Shown: positions 50,947 to 64,000 of the stretch, piece by piece
Numbering within the stretch: position 1 is the stretch's first letter
Layout of the letters: each line of letters opens with the position of its first letter
Assembly: GCA_030704615.1 (NCBI GenBank)
Contig: CM060731.1
Span: 22,196,001 to 22,260,000 of the forward strand
Direction: 5' to 3'
DNA from: Takakia lepidozioides
Taxonomy: Eukaryota > Plantae > Bryophyta
DNA length: 64,000 nt
The notes under the pieces: generated by a model
What the model saw: the letters and a program-made list of their open reading frames with translations, nothing else
Told to the model about the DNA's origin: nothing
Database searches by the model: none
Position numbers and translations under genes: made by a program

Positions 50947-52779
50947 GTGGTTCATGATGGTGGTGGCATACCTACTTTTGATTTCGGTATCGATTTCAGT
51001 TCTTGCAGGAAGCGACACTTGTGCCGTGGTCGGCCACCAGTTCCTGTAATTCTAACAACAGCAGATACACCTATGCTTCTCGTCGAGCAATTTGGGGCTT
51101 CCAATTCTGTAGACAGACGAGATCTATGTTTAACGATAATGAATATGCATTGTGAGGTTGCAGACAAAATCAGTTCGTATGTGTCAGTGGAACCTGTCGT
51201 TGATTTTTGTATTGCAGCTCTTGTTGCAATGGAAATGGATTCAGATTCAGTGCCTACTAATGTATCTGTGCCTCTAATCCCATCTGAGATGGTAGAGGCT
51301 ACAATGCAGGTTCTTGATTGTGAAGGAATTGTAGATGAGTCTATAGGGAGTACACCGAATGAATTACCTTTTCCCCATGCAACTCCAGCAGTCAATGCAG
51401 CTACTGCTGTCGACGCAACTCCAACAGTCCAGTCAGCTCCTGCTTGCAACGCAATAGTTGCTGTAGTTGCACATAGAGCAAAGAATGTCAAGAAAGTGAG
51501 GAAACCAAGTCTGTTTGTCGTTCGTGAGCCATCTGCAGGGTTTATAGGGTTTGACCAAGAAACTTTCAAAAAGTTGATGGCGGACACAAGCGTTGCTAGC
51601 ATTCGTAATGAGCAGTGGTGTCGTAATCGCTTCAATGAATGGAGGGCGATGATGAAGATCGATAACAACATTCTTCTGGAGGACATTCCTCATAAGGAAC
51701 TGGGGCCAATGTTATGCAAATTTTTCCTAATGGTTGTGAAGAAAGACGGGTCAAGGTATCCTGCCGATAGTCTAATGAACTTATACTCATCAATCAATCG
51801 CATGCTCATCAGGAGTAAAGAGAGGCACATCTTGGAGACTGGACAAATAGATGAGCGATTTAGTATTAGGACGAATCCATATTTCATCGGGACTAACAAA
51901 TCCATAGTCGAGACACAGTCCCGGAACTGTGGGGCAAGCAGAGATCGTCGAAATGTCGATGGCATTTTAGCTGATGAAGAACGCCACATTCTGGCGCATT
52001 TTGACACATCCTTTGCACCATATTACATCAGCGCATGGCTTGCAAAAGCGGTTTGTTTGATACTGTTTGTCAGTGTTCCTCATACGTGGAGGGAACAAGC
52101 TTTATAAGCTCCGTCTATCTGATTTTGTTCTTGGCCGCGATCAGGGGCAGATTTATCTCAAGTAATTTTCTCTCACTATAGTACTACTATGATTCTATGC
52201 TATTATGATGCTATGACAGATCTTTCTATATATCAAGATTCTTATCCATTTTTTGGATTGTTGCAGGTACGATGAACGCCTGTCGAAGACATACAAGCTT
52301 TCGACCAAAAAATTCCAGCAAGAATACTTTCGGCCTACTGTGTTCTCCTTCGATATGGACGTGATCGAAACTTACATGACCCTAATGCTATATATGCCTC
52401 ATCATCTTGAAGATGGAGCTCATATTTTCTTGTCCCCGATTGCTCACCCTACAGATACTATGTGGTACAAGCGTAGTATCAACATTGGGAAGAATGTAAT
52501 TCAGATATGTCGGCAGTTTCTGGTGTGGAGGGAGATATCACAAATAAGAGTGCTAGAGTGACAACGATTTCTCGCATGGCCGCTGCTCGTGTGCCACACG
52601 ATGTTATGATGAGTGTGACTGGACACCGCAACTCCAAAACGCTTAACCGATATGACAAGTCTCAGCTCATGAAGCAGAAAGCTGCTCAGAACCTCAACAG
52701 AAATCCTTATGATCCTCTTACGGGCTCCTCTGTCGTTCGATTACTACTACCAGATCGAGCTAGAGGCCTATCATGCTAG
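50947..52779 (+). pseudogene. Crypton-type (DUF3504-like) tyrosine recombinase, intron-containing and frameshifted
   Basis: FNEWR...LCKFFLMVVKKDGSRYPADSLMNLYSSINR, then FLIRGG (R), ERLSKT (K), ITNKSAR (HxxR box with K), VTGHRN (H), NRYD (Y). GT-AG intron at 52162-52266; Pro-rich ORFs follow to 53789. Confidence 0.78.
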
Positions 52780-55189
52780 TGAGATTGTCAAAAACTATCC
52801 ACTGATCCAATTATAGATTCGGATATTGTGCATTGCATTGCGGAGCTATTTGAGGAAGAAGAGTCTCATGCTCCGTTCACTCATGTGCAGTGTTGGATGA
52901 AGTGACAAATGTTGTTCCTCTTGATAGTCGTCATCTACCTAATCTTGCGGCCACGCATATTCTACCTCCATTGCTAAGGACTGCTGCTAGTATTCCTACG
53001 AGAACGAACTATCCTGTTCCAATTACTCTACTACGTTCTACTCCAACAAACACTTATCCACCATACAGATCTTGGAATTTGAACCAAGGTAATGTTCCAT
53101 GCACTCCAGGCGCTGCAATTGACACTACCAGATTTAATCCTCTAGGGAAGCGTGTAGATTCCTCTCCTTCTTCTAGTTTCACTTATGGTGCAGGTAGCAG
53201 TTCAAACCAACCAGTTCATGCAGCTAGTGTCAAAGATGACAATTTCTGGGATACATTTGATTGGGAGAACTTTTTCCTAGAGGGCATCTTTCCAGCTTCT
53301 GCTAAGCCATTGCCAACACCACTTCTTGCATCTGAAGTGCCAGTGTCAGCTACTGTGCCAACTGCTGTTAGACTGCCAGTTCCTATGTCAGTTCCAGCTC
53401 CTGTTCCGATTACAGTTTCACTGCCAGTTCCCATTGTGAGTGAGGTGCTTACATCTGGTTAGATTTCAAAAGTGGATGTGCCCCAGGCCCCTATCAATAA
53501 CGTGGCTGCTTCTCCTATAGTGCCAGAGGAGGGCAAATCTATTGTGGATGTTCCTTGTTCTGCAATAGTTGCTTCTGGAGTTGATCCTGAGTTGGTTGCC
53601 CGCGATGCACCTGAGGTTCTGGCTACAAGTCAGAGTCCTGTAGCTACAAATGCTCGATTGCACCATTCTTCCATGCAAGGCAACGTGATGTCGCCCTCGA
53701 CATTTAATTTCACCTTCGTTATGGACCCTGCAACAATGTCATCTTTGGTTGGAGGTAGTCCGGACAGTATAAACTGTGCATACATGTAGTAGCAGAAGCA
53801 TGAGCTTTCTTTGAGCTCGATATTATAGTATAAAAAGAAAAAATGCTATATAGAATGAGCATTGCTCTATAGTACACAGGCTGCAGGCTAGTTAAGCCAT
53901 TAGAAGATTGGAGAATCATTCCACGTACAGACTTTTGGTTTTGTAAACAACAATTCATTTGCAACAAAATTGTTGTTGAAGTCCATTTTTCTCAATGTAC
54001 AACCTCAAAAATATGATAGATCAATGCTGCAGCTCATCAATTTTCAACATACAATTTTGTCTACAATGTCACGTTTGTGTTATTGCATTGGCGTTCAAGT
54101 TTTTGAAAAGAGATCCTTTAAAGCGAAAAAAATCAAGAAAGTGTTTTCGGTAGTAGAAATAGCGACTCACTTAGTCGTCCGCTATGGCCAATAGCCGGCT
54201 GACCTCTGCATGAATGGGAAACTGCCACGTGGTCAAGAGACGAGGAACACCAAATACCTTCAGTACTTTAGAAAAGACCACTCTACCGTGATCTCTCGTT
54301 GTCGGCTGCAATCCAAGGAATATAGGCATCTCTACGCTACGACGCATTGATACCTGAACGGCGATTTCCAGCAACAAAACAAGTAACAACGTCAACAACT
54401 GAGAGCCGAGACCAGTAGGCTAGGGTATCGCCGTCCCCAAAACCCTGATCATACCCCCGGGTGCATAACCGGGTTGATACCTGGGTTTTTGTACATACCA
54501 GACCAACACTGGTATGAATATGCCGGGTATCAAATCAGGTGTGTATAAGAACCCGCATCTGTAGAGAGCTGCTGGATACATCAGGAGAGTAGAGATCTGG
54601 GCTGCAGGTTCTTAGACATTCAATACCCATTTGAAACAGGTATTCCATGTTGGGGGCATTTGAAGGTTGGGGTCGTTCTGATATCTACTGCCACATTTAC
54701 AATATTAACAGTCAACTCAATGTACTCCTATGTACTGCAGAGTTAGAAAGTCCAAAGTGATATGTTTTGGCCTTGATAATCATTATGAGACAGCAGCTTT
54801 ATCATTGTTCGGAACCCGGAGTTTGCGATGCTGCTTCAGTTGCGTTTCTTCATGCTAGAGAATTATGCTGGTTTAACTTACTAATTATATGCTAGGATTG
54901 TTCTGCTGCACAGAAACTCGGCGTTGGTATTGCACATTAGCTGACTGGAGACAGTGCTGCAGCAGCTGCCTCTGCACACAAAATGGTATCTTCACAGTCC
55001 GGCATCGTTGATGTTTCTCTGTCCCAGACACTGTAGTTGGCTGCTATCCCCTGTAGAGATACATGATTCACAGATGTGCATAGAATTTGCTACTTTTTTT
55101 TTGTCGACAAGAATTATTTTCTGGTAAGAAATGACTGTATTGACATTCATGCCATGATATCACATGCTTCCAGAACATAAGCTCAGAAT

Positions 55190-55600
55190 AGTCCAAGAAT
55201 TGAGGGGAATGGACACACACCAGTGTTATCAATGACGCACCTGCATTGGCTGCTGCAGATGGTATTGCAATCGGGGTGGCTGGGTCAGCTGTTGCAATGG
55301 AAACAGCTGATGTAGCTTTAATGACAAACGGTCTTCGGAAGTTGGCATTAGGAATATTGCAGCTGGGCAGAAGCTGCCGCTGGAAAATTGGGCAGAATTG
55401 GACCCTTTCCTTGGTCACGAAGGTTGTACTTATTGTTCTTGCAGCAGTAGGATATGCATCTCTTTGGGCAGCCGTGCACTGGCAGATGTTGGGACTTGTG
55501 TGGTGGTCATCTCAACAGCATGCTGTTGCTCAAGAAGTGTACTCACAAGTGTTGCTCAATGCAGAAGACTCTTTCCAATTTTGCAGTCAGACATGAGCAG
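55190..55600 (+). pseudogene. Heavy-metal P1B-ATPase (HMA2/4-like) C-terminal fragment
   Basis: INDAPALAAADGIAIGVAGSAVAMETADVALMTN...KIGQN...VGYASLWAAV. The GDG hinge is lost, there is a frameshift, and the upstream domains are absent. Confidence 0.82.
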
Positions 55601-57205
55601 CTAAAACCGAAGGATAATCTGGAGTGAATATGAAATGTTCACATAGTGAGTTGGTTGATTTGTGTGAAGATGACCTCTCTGCGGGTGGATGTAAAGTAAG
55701 CACTGAAGATGAAAAGCAGCCAAGTTAACTAGTCCATAGACACCATCGCCAAACCGGTTTCTGTTCGTCCGATGAAAAGCAAGTCGACAGATTCAAGTAT
55801 ACGAGATTTCCTCCTTGCTTGCCCTCTTTCCATCTTGGGTTTGGATTTCTGTGTGCTTGTTCAGTAGTGGTTCTGATTTCGAGGAGCACGGCAGGTTAGC
55901 AAAGGCTTTTTGCTGTGACCACCATGCCCATCTCCAATCTGGTAAGCCCCTCACTGTTTTTCATGTCGATTATGAGCGAGTGGAAGTAATTTGAGAAACA
56001 AAACGATGTCAACAGTCATCTCCTTAATTGGAATTATTTAGTTATAGAAATCGTGTAAAGTGGCCCGAATCCATTCTACTGCGTATGGACTGCAGCTTTC
56101 AAACTGAAGGATAAACGTTAGCGAATTATCTGTTGAATACGGCATACGGAAGTTCTCTCCAGTGGCCTCATGTGGTCCAGTCCAGATTATGTCGACATAG
56201 AATCTGGAACTTCCTATCAGCGATGCACCAATTTGTTTTGCAGAGTTTCCTATGAAAGCCTATTCGTCGCAGAATTCTGGCTATAGGTTAAATCAATGGA
56301 AGCTCAAACCACCACATTCGCCAAATCGCACCAGGTTACAATGCTACCTTTAGACCTAAATGTGGTTTCAGCCAGCTCGAATTCTCGAGTGGAAAATTTC
56401 CTCAATTGTGAGAAGTAGCAGATGCGACCACATTCTCCTGGAATTGATGCGATTTTTGGCTCTGCTGTGCTCCTGGCTGTGGACATTGAGCAATTCATGC
56501 AACTTCTTGTGTGCAATGGTCCCCATCCAGGGGGACTCACAAAAATCTCAGCGCCAAATCTGATCCTTTTTGAACGGCAGTCACACAAACATTTCGTAGG
56601 TCAGGGTGCTAATGCAAGCAGCACTCCCTCTGAAAAGCTTTGTTTCCTGTATCCTGTTGCTTTGTATTTTTTAATTTGGTGAACCACCATCAGGATTCTC
56701 TATTAATATGTAATGTGATCTCAGTGGACGGGGTTTCTAAGGGTTGCTGCATCCAACGTTTGCTCACATGGCTGAAACCAATGGACGCTTTGGCATGCTA
56801 GATTAAAGTGGGGAACTGGCTACGTGGCCCTGGGGTCTTAAGCACCAATGCCCGCAACATGTGGAGGGGCCTCTCAGGTGAGTGTTGAATTGAGTTTGTG
56901 TCCGCTTATCTTAGTATAGTCACATGCAATGTCTGTGAATAAGCACTCACCACATTTCCTTTCCTCCGAGAGCTCTGAGAGGTGCACTTACCATGCGCAG
57001 CAGGATCTGTGACAGCATTTGAACAACTGAGAAAGATTGGGGGCATTCTGGAAGGATACAGGAACAAGCAAGCAAACTATGCATCCATGGTGGCCAAACA
57101 GTTTGGTTGGGTGGCACTCCAGCAGGACAGGCTTGGCCTGTCAAGTCATCTCTCTCCCGATTGCAGGAAATGGAGTGCATGCACACTCAAGTTGGAGATC
57201 TGCAG

Positions 57206-60200
57206 GTTCTATGAGTGGAAAAGAAAAAGTATTGCCACACCAAAATATACAAGTTCCCGAGGCCCCACCTCCATCTCCACATGATCTCTGTCTCCTTCAG
57301 GAGTTTGTGGAAGACAGGTGCTCTCTCTCGCCCTCTGAAGTAGATGGAACCCATTTAGGTCTTCAACCCCTCTTCAGAATTGACATCAGAACTCTTGAAC
57401 TCTCCATTTATCAACTCACCTTTGGTGGCTTGTATTGATTGGAGGGTGGTGGAAAGGCAGCCAAAGACTGGTGGTACTGACTGGAGCAGGTGCAAGCACA
57501 GAGTGTGGTATCCCAGACTATAGAAGGTGTCCTCTGTCTTTCCTCCCCATGTCTTTCATTTTGCACATGTGTCTGTGTGCGTGTATTAGTGTGGAAATAT
57601 GAGGTACTGTGGCCATAGAGTCTTGAGAGTTCAGATTTAGTCTGAAAGTCCAAAGGAGAGCAATGGGAAATGTGGTTTAAGTATTTGGAAAGATGTGGAT
57701 TGGCCTAAAGTGGGATGTGCATTTCGGGTGCAAGGGGACAACCAGTCCACAAGGAGCTTACAGCAGTGGCTTCAAGCCAATGACCCACCAGGTGCAAAAA
57801 AATTGCCTTCCATCCCTGGATCCTGAAACAGTTAGGTGCCTTACCTGTCATTCTAAAGTCAAAGTTTCGCGTCAAGGCAACAGGATGCCTTGTATAATTT
57901 AGTGAGAGCCAGCTGTTTGCTACAATCTTAACTTCAAAATAATTAATGGTCAGCCTCAATGCCAAGTTCCCCAAGGAGAGACAAGACCACTAGAATATAA
58001 TTAAAGAGTCCACCGTTGGTGAAGTGACATGTTACAAGTGGTGGTCAGAGTCATCTTTGATAATCCCTATACAGGAATTTGTTGATTCAGAGGGAAGCCG
58101 GTGCCGATACTGGGCTCGCAGTTATGCTGGTTGGCGCCGGTTCATTTCTGCACAGCCTGGGCCAACATACATATCTCTTGCACAGCTTGAGGCTAGGGGG
58201 CGTGTGGGAGGCATGATCACTCAAAATGTGGACAGGTATGTTTCTCTGTTTACTATGAGTCACAGCAGTGTCCACAATCCATGAAGTGCCGACTTTCAAG
58301 CTTTGACATCAACCATTCACATGGAAAGTCCTACCTGAGTGGACACTGCAGTTTGCCGATCCTTTGCACAATGTCATGGTTTTCCTCCGTAACAAGGAAT
58401 CTATACTACTTTGGACCACACATAAGGCATCACAATTATTAGTTGTTGGTTAGTTGTGTGCCATGCCTTTGGGCCAGCTATTGACACTGTCAGTGATCAA
58501 GCAAGGGTGACTCTGAATCACATGCAAATGATCCAACATCTTAAACAGGTCCAAGCTTAACTAATGAGATGTCTTGTTCATTGGATGACCAGGCCAAGCC
58601 TGTGCCGAGGGACTTACGTTAATGAGGAACAATATTGTGCAGGCTACATCATAAAGCTGGTAGTGATCCTGTTGAACTTCATGGGACTACCCATCAAGTT
58701 ATTTGCTTGAGCTGTGGGTACATGGTTGACCGCCACCTCTTCCAACAGAGAGTGAAAGACCTCAACCCCGAGGTGCTAGTCCCTGCCCTTGCCATTGGTG
58801 TTTGAGCTGGTCAGGGTATGACTGCTTCTGAACAAATAACTGCTCTACAAGTCTGTAGTTTCTTTCCTTTACTTTCTCCATTTCTTCCCTTCAGTTGTAA
58901 CTTTACATCCATTTGCCACTCTACCTCGAACATGTCTTAGTTGTTCCTACGTTGCTCTTGGCTTGCACTCATATGGCAACTTTCCTGAAGTGCCCACAAG
59001 ACTTCCAAGAGCTCTGGTCAAGCACCTTAAGCCCACAACATTGGATTTTGTAGAATTTGTCAGTAAACATGGAGTTCACCCAATGTGAGAAGGGGCCTCC
59101 CTTGGCAGCCATTGGGCTGAGTAGGATTGTCACAGTCTGGAGGAACCTTTGATGTGGGGGTGAGAGGTATTTGGCTGGCAACCACAGGGGTTACTTCAAG
59201 GACTGCAAGTTCCATATTATGTCAATCAACTTTCAGTTTAAAAGACGGTCATGGGTGCGTCAAAATCAAGCTCTTCACGCTTCTATCGTCTTTGTGTAGT
59301 TCTTCAGCTCAAATCTCTCTTGTTGGGTGTGCCAGTGGGCATGTGCTGTTGAATCTATAGAGAGGGGAGAAGCGGGCTCCGATGCAAGCTTTGGCATGCA
59401 GCAACGACCGGATGGTGACTTGGAAATCAATGACAAGTTTTTACAGAAAGAAAATTTCCATATCCCTGTTTGTGAGAAATGCGGTGGCATCTTGAAGCCG
59501 AATGTAATCTCTGCTCACTGGATGATTTTTATTTTCTCTGTAAATATGGCTAAGATGTTAGGTTGCAACACCACAAAGTCAGATATCTTTGCTATGGATG
59601 CAAAACCCAGTCTCGACTGATTGCTCTATATCTGTTTGGTGTGGCATACTTTGAGCACCTTCTCTGCATGTCGAAAGGCTATGTGAAATTTGTGAGAGAT
59701 GTCATATGACTGGAAAGACTATCTTTGAGGACATTGCAAAAGTTGTAGGAGTAAGTTGTGAAAGGATTTCGTGTAAGGCGAAAAAGATTCCCCCATGTTT
59801 TCTTCCTCCCCAAGTAATTTGTTTGGTTCGTTGGTGTACCCCTGAAATTCCTGGAGTGGTTCAGCTCTATCGTATTTGTTGTGGTGCTGGGTCCCATGTG
59901 GCAGGTTGTCTTTTTTGGGGATAATGTACCAAAAGCAAGAGTGGAGACATCGATGGCAATGATGCGGAGTGCTGATGCTTTGTTGGTTGTTGGTTCATCG
60001 CTCATGGTTTGGTCAGCTTTTCGGCTTGTCAGGTATCGACTGCAATCTCCTTTCTGGTAACTTTGTGTTTGTAACTTTGTATGGCTAACATTAACTGCAG
60101 TAGTGCACAATCCCTTCACTTATACTCACTGTAGGTAACTTTGTGCCTATGTAACGTCGAGCACTCTCTACTAGTTTGAATGAAGGCTGTGTAGTTTGCA

Positions 60201-60780
60201 TGAAGTGATTCTAAAAAGAAGGTCACTTGTTAAGGCTGTATATGCAGGCAATGCCCCTCTATTCGACCCTCAAATTTGCAGAGCTCCAATGGATGTGCAT
60301 CTCTTTAACCAGCTGAACTGTCATGCACATGCCAGGGCTGCACTGGAGGAGGGAGCACCAGTTGCCATAGTAAACATAGGACCTACCCGGGCCGATGACA
60401 TTGCGTCATTAAAAATCGAAGCGCGGTCTGGAGAGGTATGTTTGGACCCAGACATACCAATCCCCAGGAGAGCTGATTTCATACTATTTTGCATGTTGCA
60501 CCTTAAGTGCCACTAGCTCCTCCTGTGCTGTTCAGATGAAATTAGGGGTTTCCTGGTTTAGCATTATATTTCATTTTACTTTAGTCATCTGTAAAGGTCT
60601 ACTGTTGGCAGTCGGGAAAGTATAAGGCATATGGGGATGGCAACACTTCTTTGGTCCTCTGGTCCTCTGGTCAGTTCTCCTTATAGTCTATCTCAGTGAC
60701 ATCAGAACTGTGCGGGGGGATTTTTGCAGGTATTGCCACGGCTACTTGCCATGGGTTCCTTGAGTGTTCCCTCCTTGTAG
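57206..60780 (+). CDS. SRT2: NAD-dependent deacylase SRT2 (SIRT4-type sirtuin); exons ~57206-57317, 57461-57526, 57746-57791, 58075-58235, 58643-58772, 59336-59503, 59905-60032, 60336-60435, 60730-60780; first exon uncertain (candidate 56859-56877)
   Basis: LTGAGASTECGIPDYRSP, GAYSSGFKPMTHQEF, RYWARSYAGW, ITQNVDRLHHKAGS, ELHGT, QRPDGD, CEKCGGILKPNVVFFGDNVP, VVGSSL, VNIGPTRAD, VLPRLL. All junctions are GT-AG and in frame. Confidence 0.93.
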
Positions 60781-60997
60781 CGTGGCGCTTTCTCTCTCTT
60801 GCAATGAATGTGTGGTGTAGATTAAGAATGGTGAATGTAACATGGAGGCAAAATGCTGTTCTCAATCTGGGCTGGCACTTGCTCCGAAAACATTCCAACT
60901 AAAGGAAAAAAAATGGAGACCCTTGTCCCTGACAAGAATTTCCCAAAACACTCTGGTGCTTGTTAGATCAAATCACGTCATCCTTGCTCTTTCTTTT

Positions 60998-61431
60998 GAT
61001 AGCAGGCTAGGTTGTGAATGCAAAACTTGCTCCACCCGCACTTCAAGGGACAGACAAACACCCTCAAACACACTATCTAGTACAAAAGCCATTTCTCCCT
61101 CCACCTTCCCACCCTCTGTTTCCCATTCCTTGGAGACTCACCCTGATTTTGTCAACACAAGCTGGGAAATCTTTGTAGAAAACCGACCTGATGATGTGCC
61201 CAATGCAACATCAGTGCTATAAAGTGCCATACATAGTACCCACTCTGAGGCTAGAGCCTGATGTAGCCAGGCGAGCATATCCCCAACATAGCGCAGTGGA
61301 TCGTGTGCATGCACTTAAATAGGCCTTGGCATTCCTCTAGGTCAACCCCGTGTACTTATAAATCTCCTGAACAAGGTATTCTGCCTTAGGTTCGCTACCT
61401 CTTCAGTGCAGTATCTGAAGAGCACAGGTCT
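60998..61431 (-). pseudogene. COG6: COG6 (conserved oligomeric Golgi complex subunit 6) fragment
   Basis: RPVLFRYCTEEVANLRQNTLFRRFI...[30 protein letters not shown]...VFEGVC...VRVEQVL.SQP, with stops and deletions. Confidence 0.85.
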
Positions 61432-61449
61432 ATCTTTCCTGCATACCTG

Positions 61450-61935
61450 TAATCTTGTGCTTAAAATCGGCCCCTCTCAGATGATTCCAGATCCACACTC
61501 CCCCCTTGCATCATCCGCAATCCCTCCATTGGCACCAACAATGCATACATCCTCCCCTTGCTGCTAGCAGCTCATAATGGCATCTTAATTATTTTTTCCT
61601 CCAACCCTACCGAGCTAACTTGGAGAACTCCACATGCAAAATCAGGGACTAGTCTGATAAGAGGATGACATGTGCTGAAGAAGGAAGTGCCTAAGTTTAC
61701 CAAGTCTGCTGCTGCTGGTTCTTCCAGTTGCCCATCCACCCATGCAGATCTTGCAGGTATCACACCGGGATTCATAGGCAATTTTGTTCTTGAAATCTGG
61801 CCCTTTTGGATGATTCTGGACCCACACTCCACCCTTGCAGCATCAGCTATCCCTCTGTCTGCACCAACAATGCAAGTACATCCTCCCCTTGCAGCACCTC
61901 ATAATGGCAACCTAGTTTTCTTTTCCTCCAACACT
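61450..61935. repeat. Two diverged copies of a sequence also found at ~5950-6085, next to the PPR 5' end
   Basis: GATGA.TC.GGACCCAC.CTCC...CAGCTATCCCT...GCACCA occurs at ~61480, ~61810 and ~6026; probably relics of PPR-family 5' regions. Confidence 0.55.
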
Positions 61936-63216
61936 AAGTCTTGGAGAGGGTGCAGGTTTAGCTACAATTGTGAAGGTCGGGGAGGAGACATTCTTACTCA
62001 TGGCAGACTAGAGTGCGGAGGTTTTCCATCACTGCAGCCTTCTCTGCAAGCTGTGGCTGCAGCTACACAAACTTCACGAATAGAGAGGCAATGGCTAAAA
62101 AAAAAGATTCAGCCTGAAACCCTCCAGGCCCCCATGGCACGGGCGGGGATTGAACCCAAAATTTTTGCCCACCGCAGCCGCAAACAAACCACCCCCCTCC
62201 CCACCCACCCCCCCGGGCACCCCCCACCTCCATCCTGCCCCATCCCTGTCAGTACCTCGTCTTTCTCTCTCTCTCTAAACTGTTCTCATGCACCAAGTAC
62301 ACCCGTCCCTTCCTGCACATGCACAATGCAATTGCCGAATGCCATGTGTGGCTAGAAGACTGATACTGGCTGCAAATGTATTGCAGCCCACTATTCTGTG
62401 ACTTCTCCACCTCCAATTTCTACACTTTCAGGCGCAATAACAATCCTGCGAGACCGCGGGTCTTTTGGCAAGACAACCTTCCATCCCGGCAGGTTATTGT
62501 CATCAAGGAAAAACACCTGCTCTACCTGTGAGGGACAAATGAATGGCTGATCACTATGAACTATGATGGTAGCAATGTGAACAGGGTAAGTCTAATGTCC
62601 ATTGATAGGTGTTAAGAGAGTTATATTGTCAAGTACTTAAGTATCGTCCAATGGTGGAGGTGACTAGTCCAAGACAGTGCCTGAAAGGCCTCCATCATCA
62701 ACATCACTAACGAGAAAGCGGTTACCTAAACAATTCAACTACCGATTGCTGCAAAAATTCAACTTTCCAGGCACAACTTTCCAGGCATACCTAGCAATGT
62801 ACACAATCTGGCCTAGTGGCCCTTTATGTTAAAAGTCTGGACCAACAAAAGGTAGCAATCAATCATCTACTTTTGAATGGTATAAAAATGACAGTCAGTG
62901 ATAGTTACATCATGTGTAGCATAAACCCTATCAGAACACCAACACATTCCTATTACCCTCATCATCAATGAGGGACAGATATTGAATGACTAAAGGACCT
63001 ACTGCACATGTAAAACCAAATGTACTGGTGACAGAGATAGGCAAAGCTACCTTACTCTCTCTGTATTTCCCGCTCAAACTGGGCACGGGGTCAATGGCCA
63101 CAAGGCTACGGCAAACAACGTCTTATGAGTACAATCTGTATTCCTGTGAAATATGCAGATATGGCCATTGCCATTGCCATTGCCTAGGGAAGCACCAGCT
63201 TTCGCCTCTGCAAACG

Positions 63217-64000
63217 TCATGAACTGTCTTGGTTCTGCGCTGTTGTGGCCGTGGCCGTTGGAGGTACCACCTTCCACTGCTGCAGACTTGATGGACATCT
63301 CAGTTCAGCAGATGGTTTTGGCCAACTGGCTTCATATTTTTGCACCAGTTGGTCAATGCGACGAAATTGCCATGGCCACCGTGACCGGTACAAAAATTGT
63401 CTGAGGTCAAAGCGGTTGTCCTCAGTTGAATAATTCTGGTGGTTCAAAGTATCCAAAGTCAGTACGAGGGTTACCGCAAAAATCAAATCACTCCCTAGCG
63501 GGCCTGGGAAGCGCACAAGGTTTCAGCCTACTAAAACTCAGGAGAAGATGCTTTATTAGGTGAACATACCTCAGCATGGTACGAAGGTGTTAGAGTGGTC
63601 ATTTTGTGTCGATTAATGGAGTAATACTTGAAAAAGTCTTTCACTTTCATCGCCACTTCTCCCGGTCTAAGACATCCATGCCAGCTTGCGCAAAGTTTCT
63701 GTTGAAATCCTCACCCAGAGAGTTGCCCGCAGGAGAGGTTACATTACAAAATGGCACTGACAGGACAACATGAAAACAACTGGATGCTAACAAGTATAGC
63801 AGCTATATTACCTTCAAACTCTTAAGAGAAACCTACAGCACTGAATATATCTACTTCAGTATTACATTGCTCCACATGCACAAAGCAACAGAGATAAGGG
63901 GGCTATTCAAGAACCTCGAACATAGAGACGGGACCACACATTTTCATCTTCCTCAATCGCCCATAGATGCCAAGCTCCTCGTATGTCATGCCCATGTCAA
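63217..64000 (-). CDS. QNS1: Glutamine-dependent NAD+ synthetase, 3' exons (63915->64000, 63570-63698, 63217-63435); partial
   Basis: [72 protein letters not shown], with GT-AG junctions. Confidence 0.93.

Larger units (their letters stand above)
50149..54511. mobile_element. hAT-type element (4.4 kb) enclosing a tyrosine recombinase gene
   Basis: Perfect 17-bp TIR CAGTGTTGGTCTGGTAT and 8-bp TSD GTATGAAT (50141-48 and 54512-19). The TIR is related to that of 20716-21730. Confidence 0.9.

Noticed and set aside
50952-51686. 244-aa minus-strand ORF and other antisense ORFs over pol, PPR and lipase regions
   Set aside because: Shadow frames of the real coding strand.
50947-52779. The nearby tyrosine recombinase as the integrase for the split-repeat family
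   Set aside because: It lies in a separate TIR/TSD-bounded element; proximity is the only link.
62095-62215. Minus-strand SINE (B-box-like GGTTCAATCCC)
   Set aside because: No clear A box or TSD; too degenerate to call.

Overview
Nuclear DNA from a non-seed land plant, probably a bryophyte (moss-like PsaF, PLS-class PPR, half-tRNA-primed copia; taxon is an inference). Apparently intact host genes are a class-3 lipase/phospholipase A1 (minus), a SIRT4-type sirtuin SRT2 (plus) and the 3' end of a glutamine-dependent NAD+ synthetase (minus). Gene relics include ABCG, PPR, psaF, TBL, HMA, COG6 and a CHAT-like fragment. Most of 6.5-54.5 kb is nested mobile DNA. The standout is a Gypsy-type retrotransposon family present in three copies (6563-12645; 22413-38607; 22304-~48400). 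Its reconstructed coding order is Gag(2xCCHC)-protease-DNMT3-type C5 DNA methyltransferase-[stop + CAACCA readthrough context]-RT-RNaseH-DDE integrase-PHD finger. It has a self-complementary (Tf1-like) primer site instead of a tRNA PBS. Its termini are not two equal LTRs but split direct repeats (B ... PPT-A-B-A) joined by a GACA-gc-TGTC palindrome, which suggests integration of a circular intermediate by a DDE integrase. One copy carries psaF and TBL gene fragments in its 5' leader. Also present are a very young but defective copia, a chromovirus, three hAT elements (one enclosing a Crypton-type tyrosine recombinase gene), a Tourist MITE and a SINE. All calls are made by eye from the sequence; no database searches were run.
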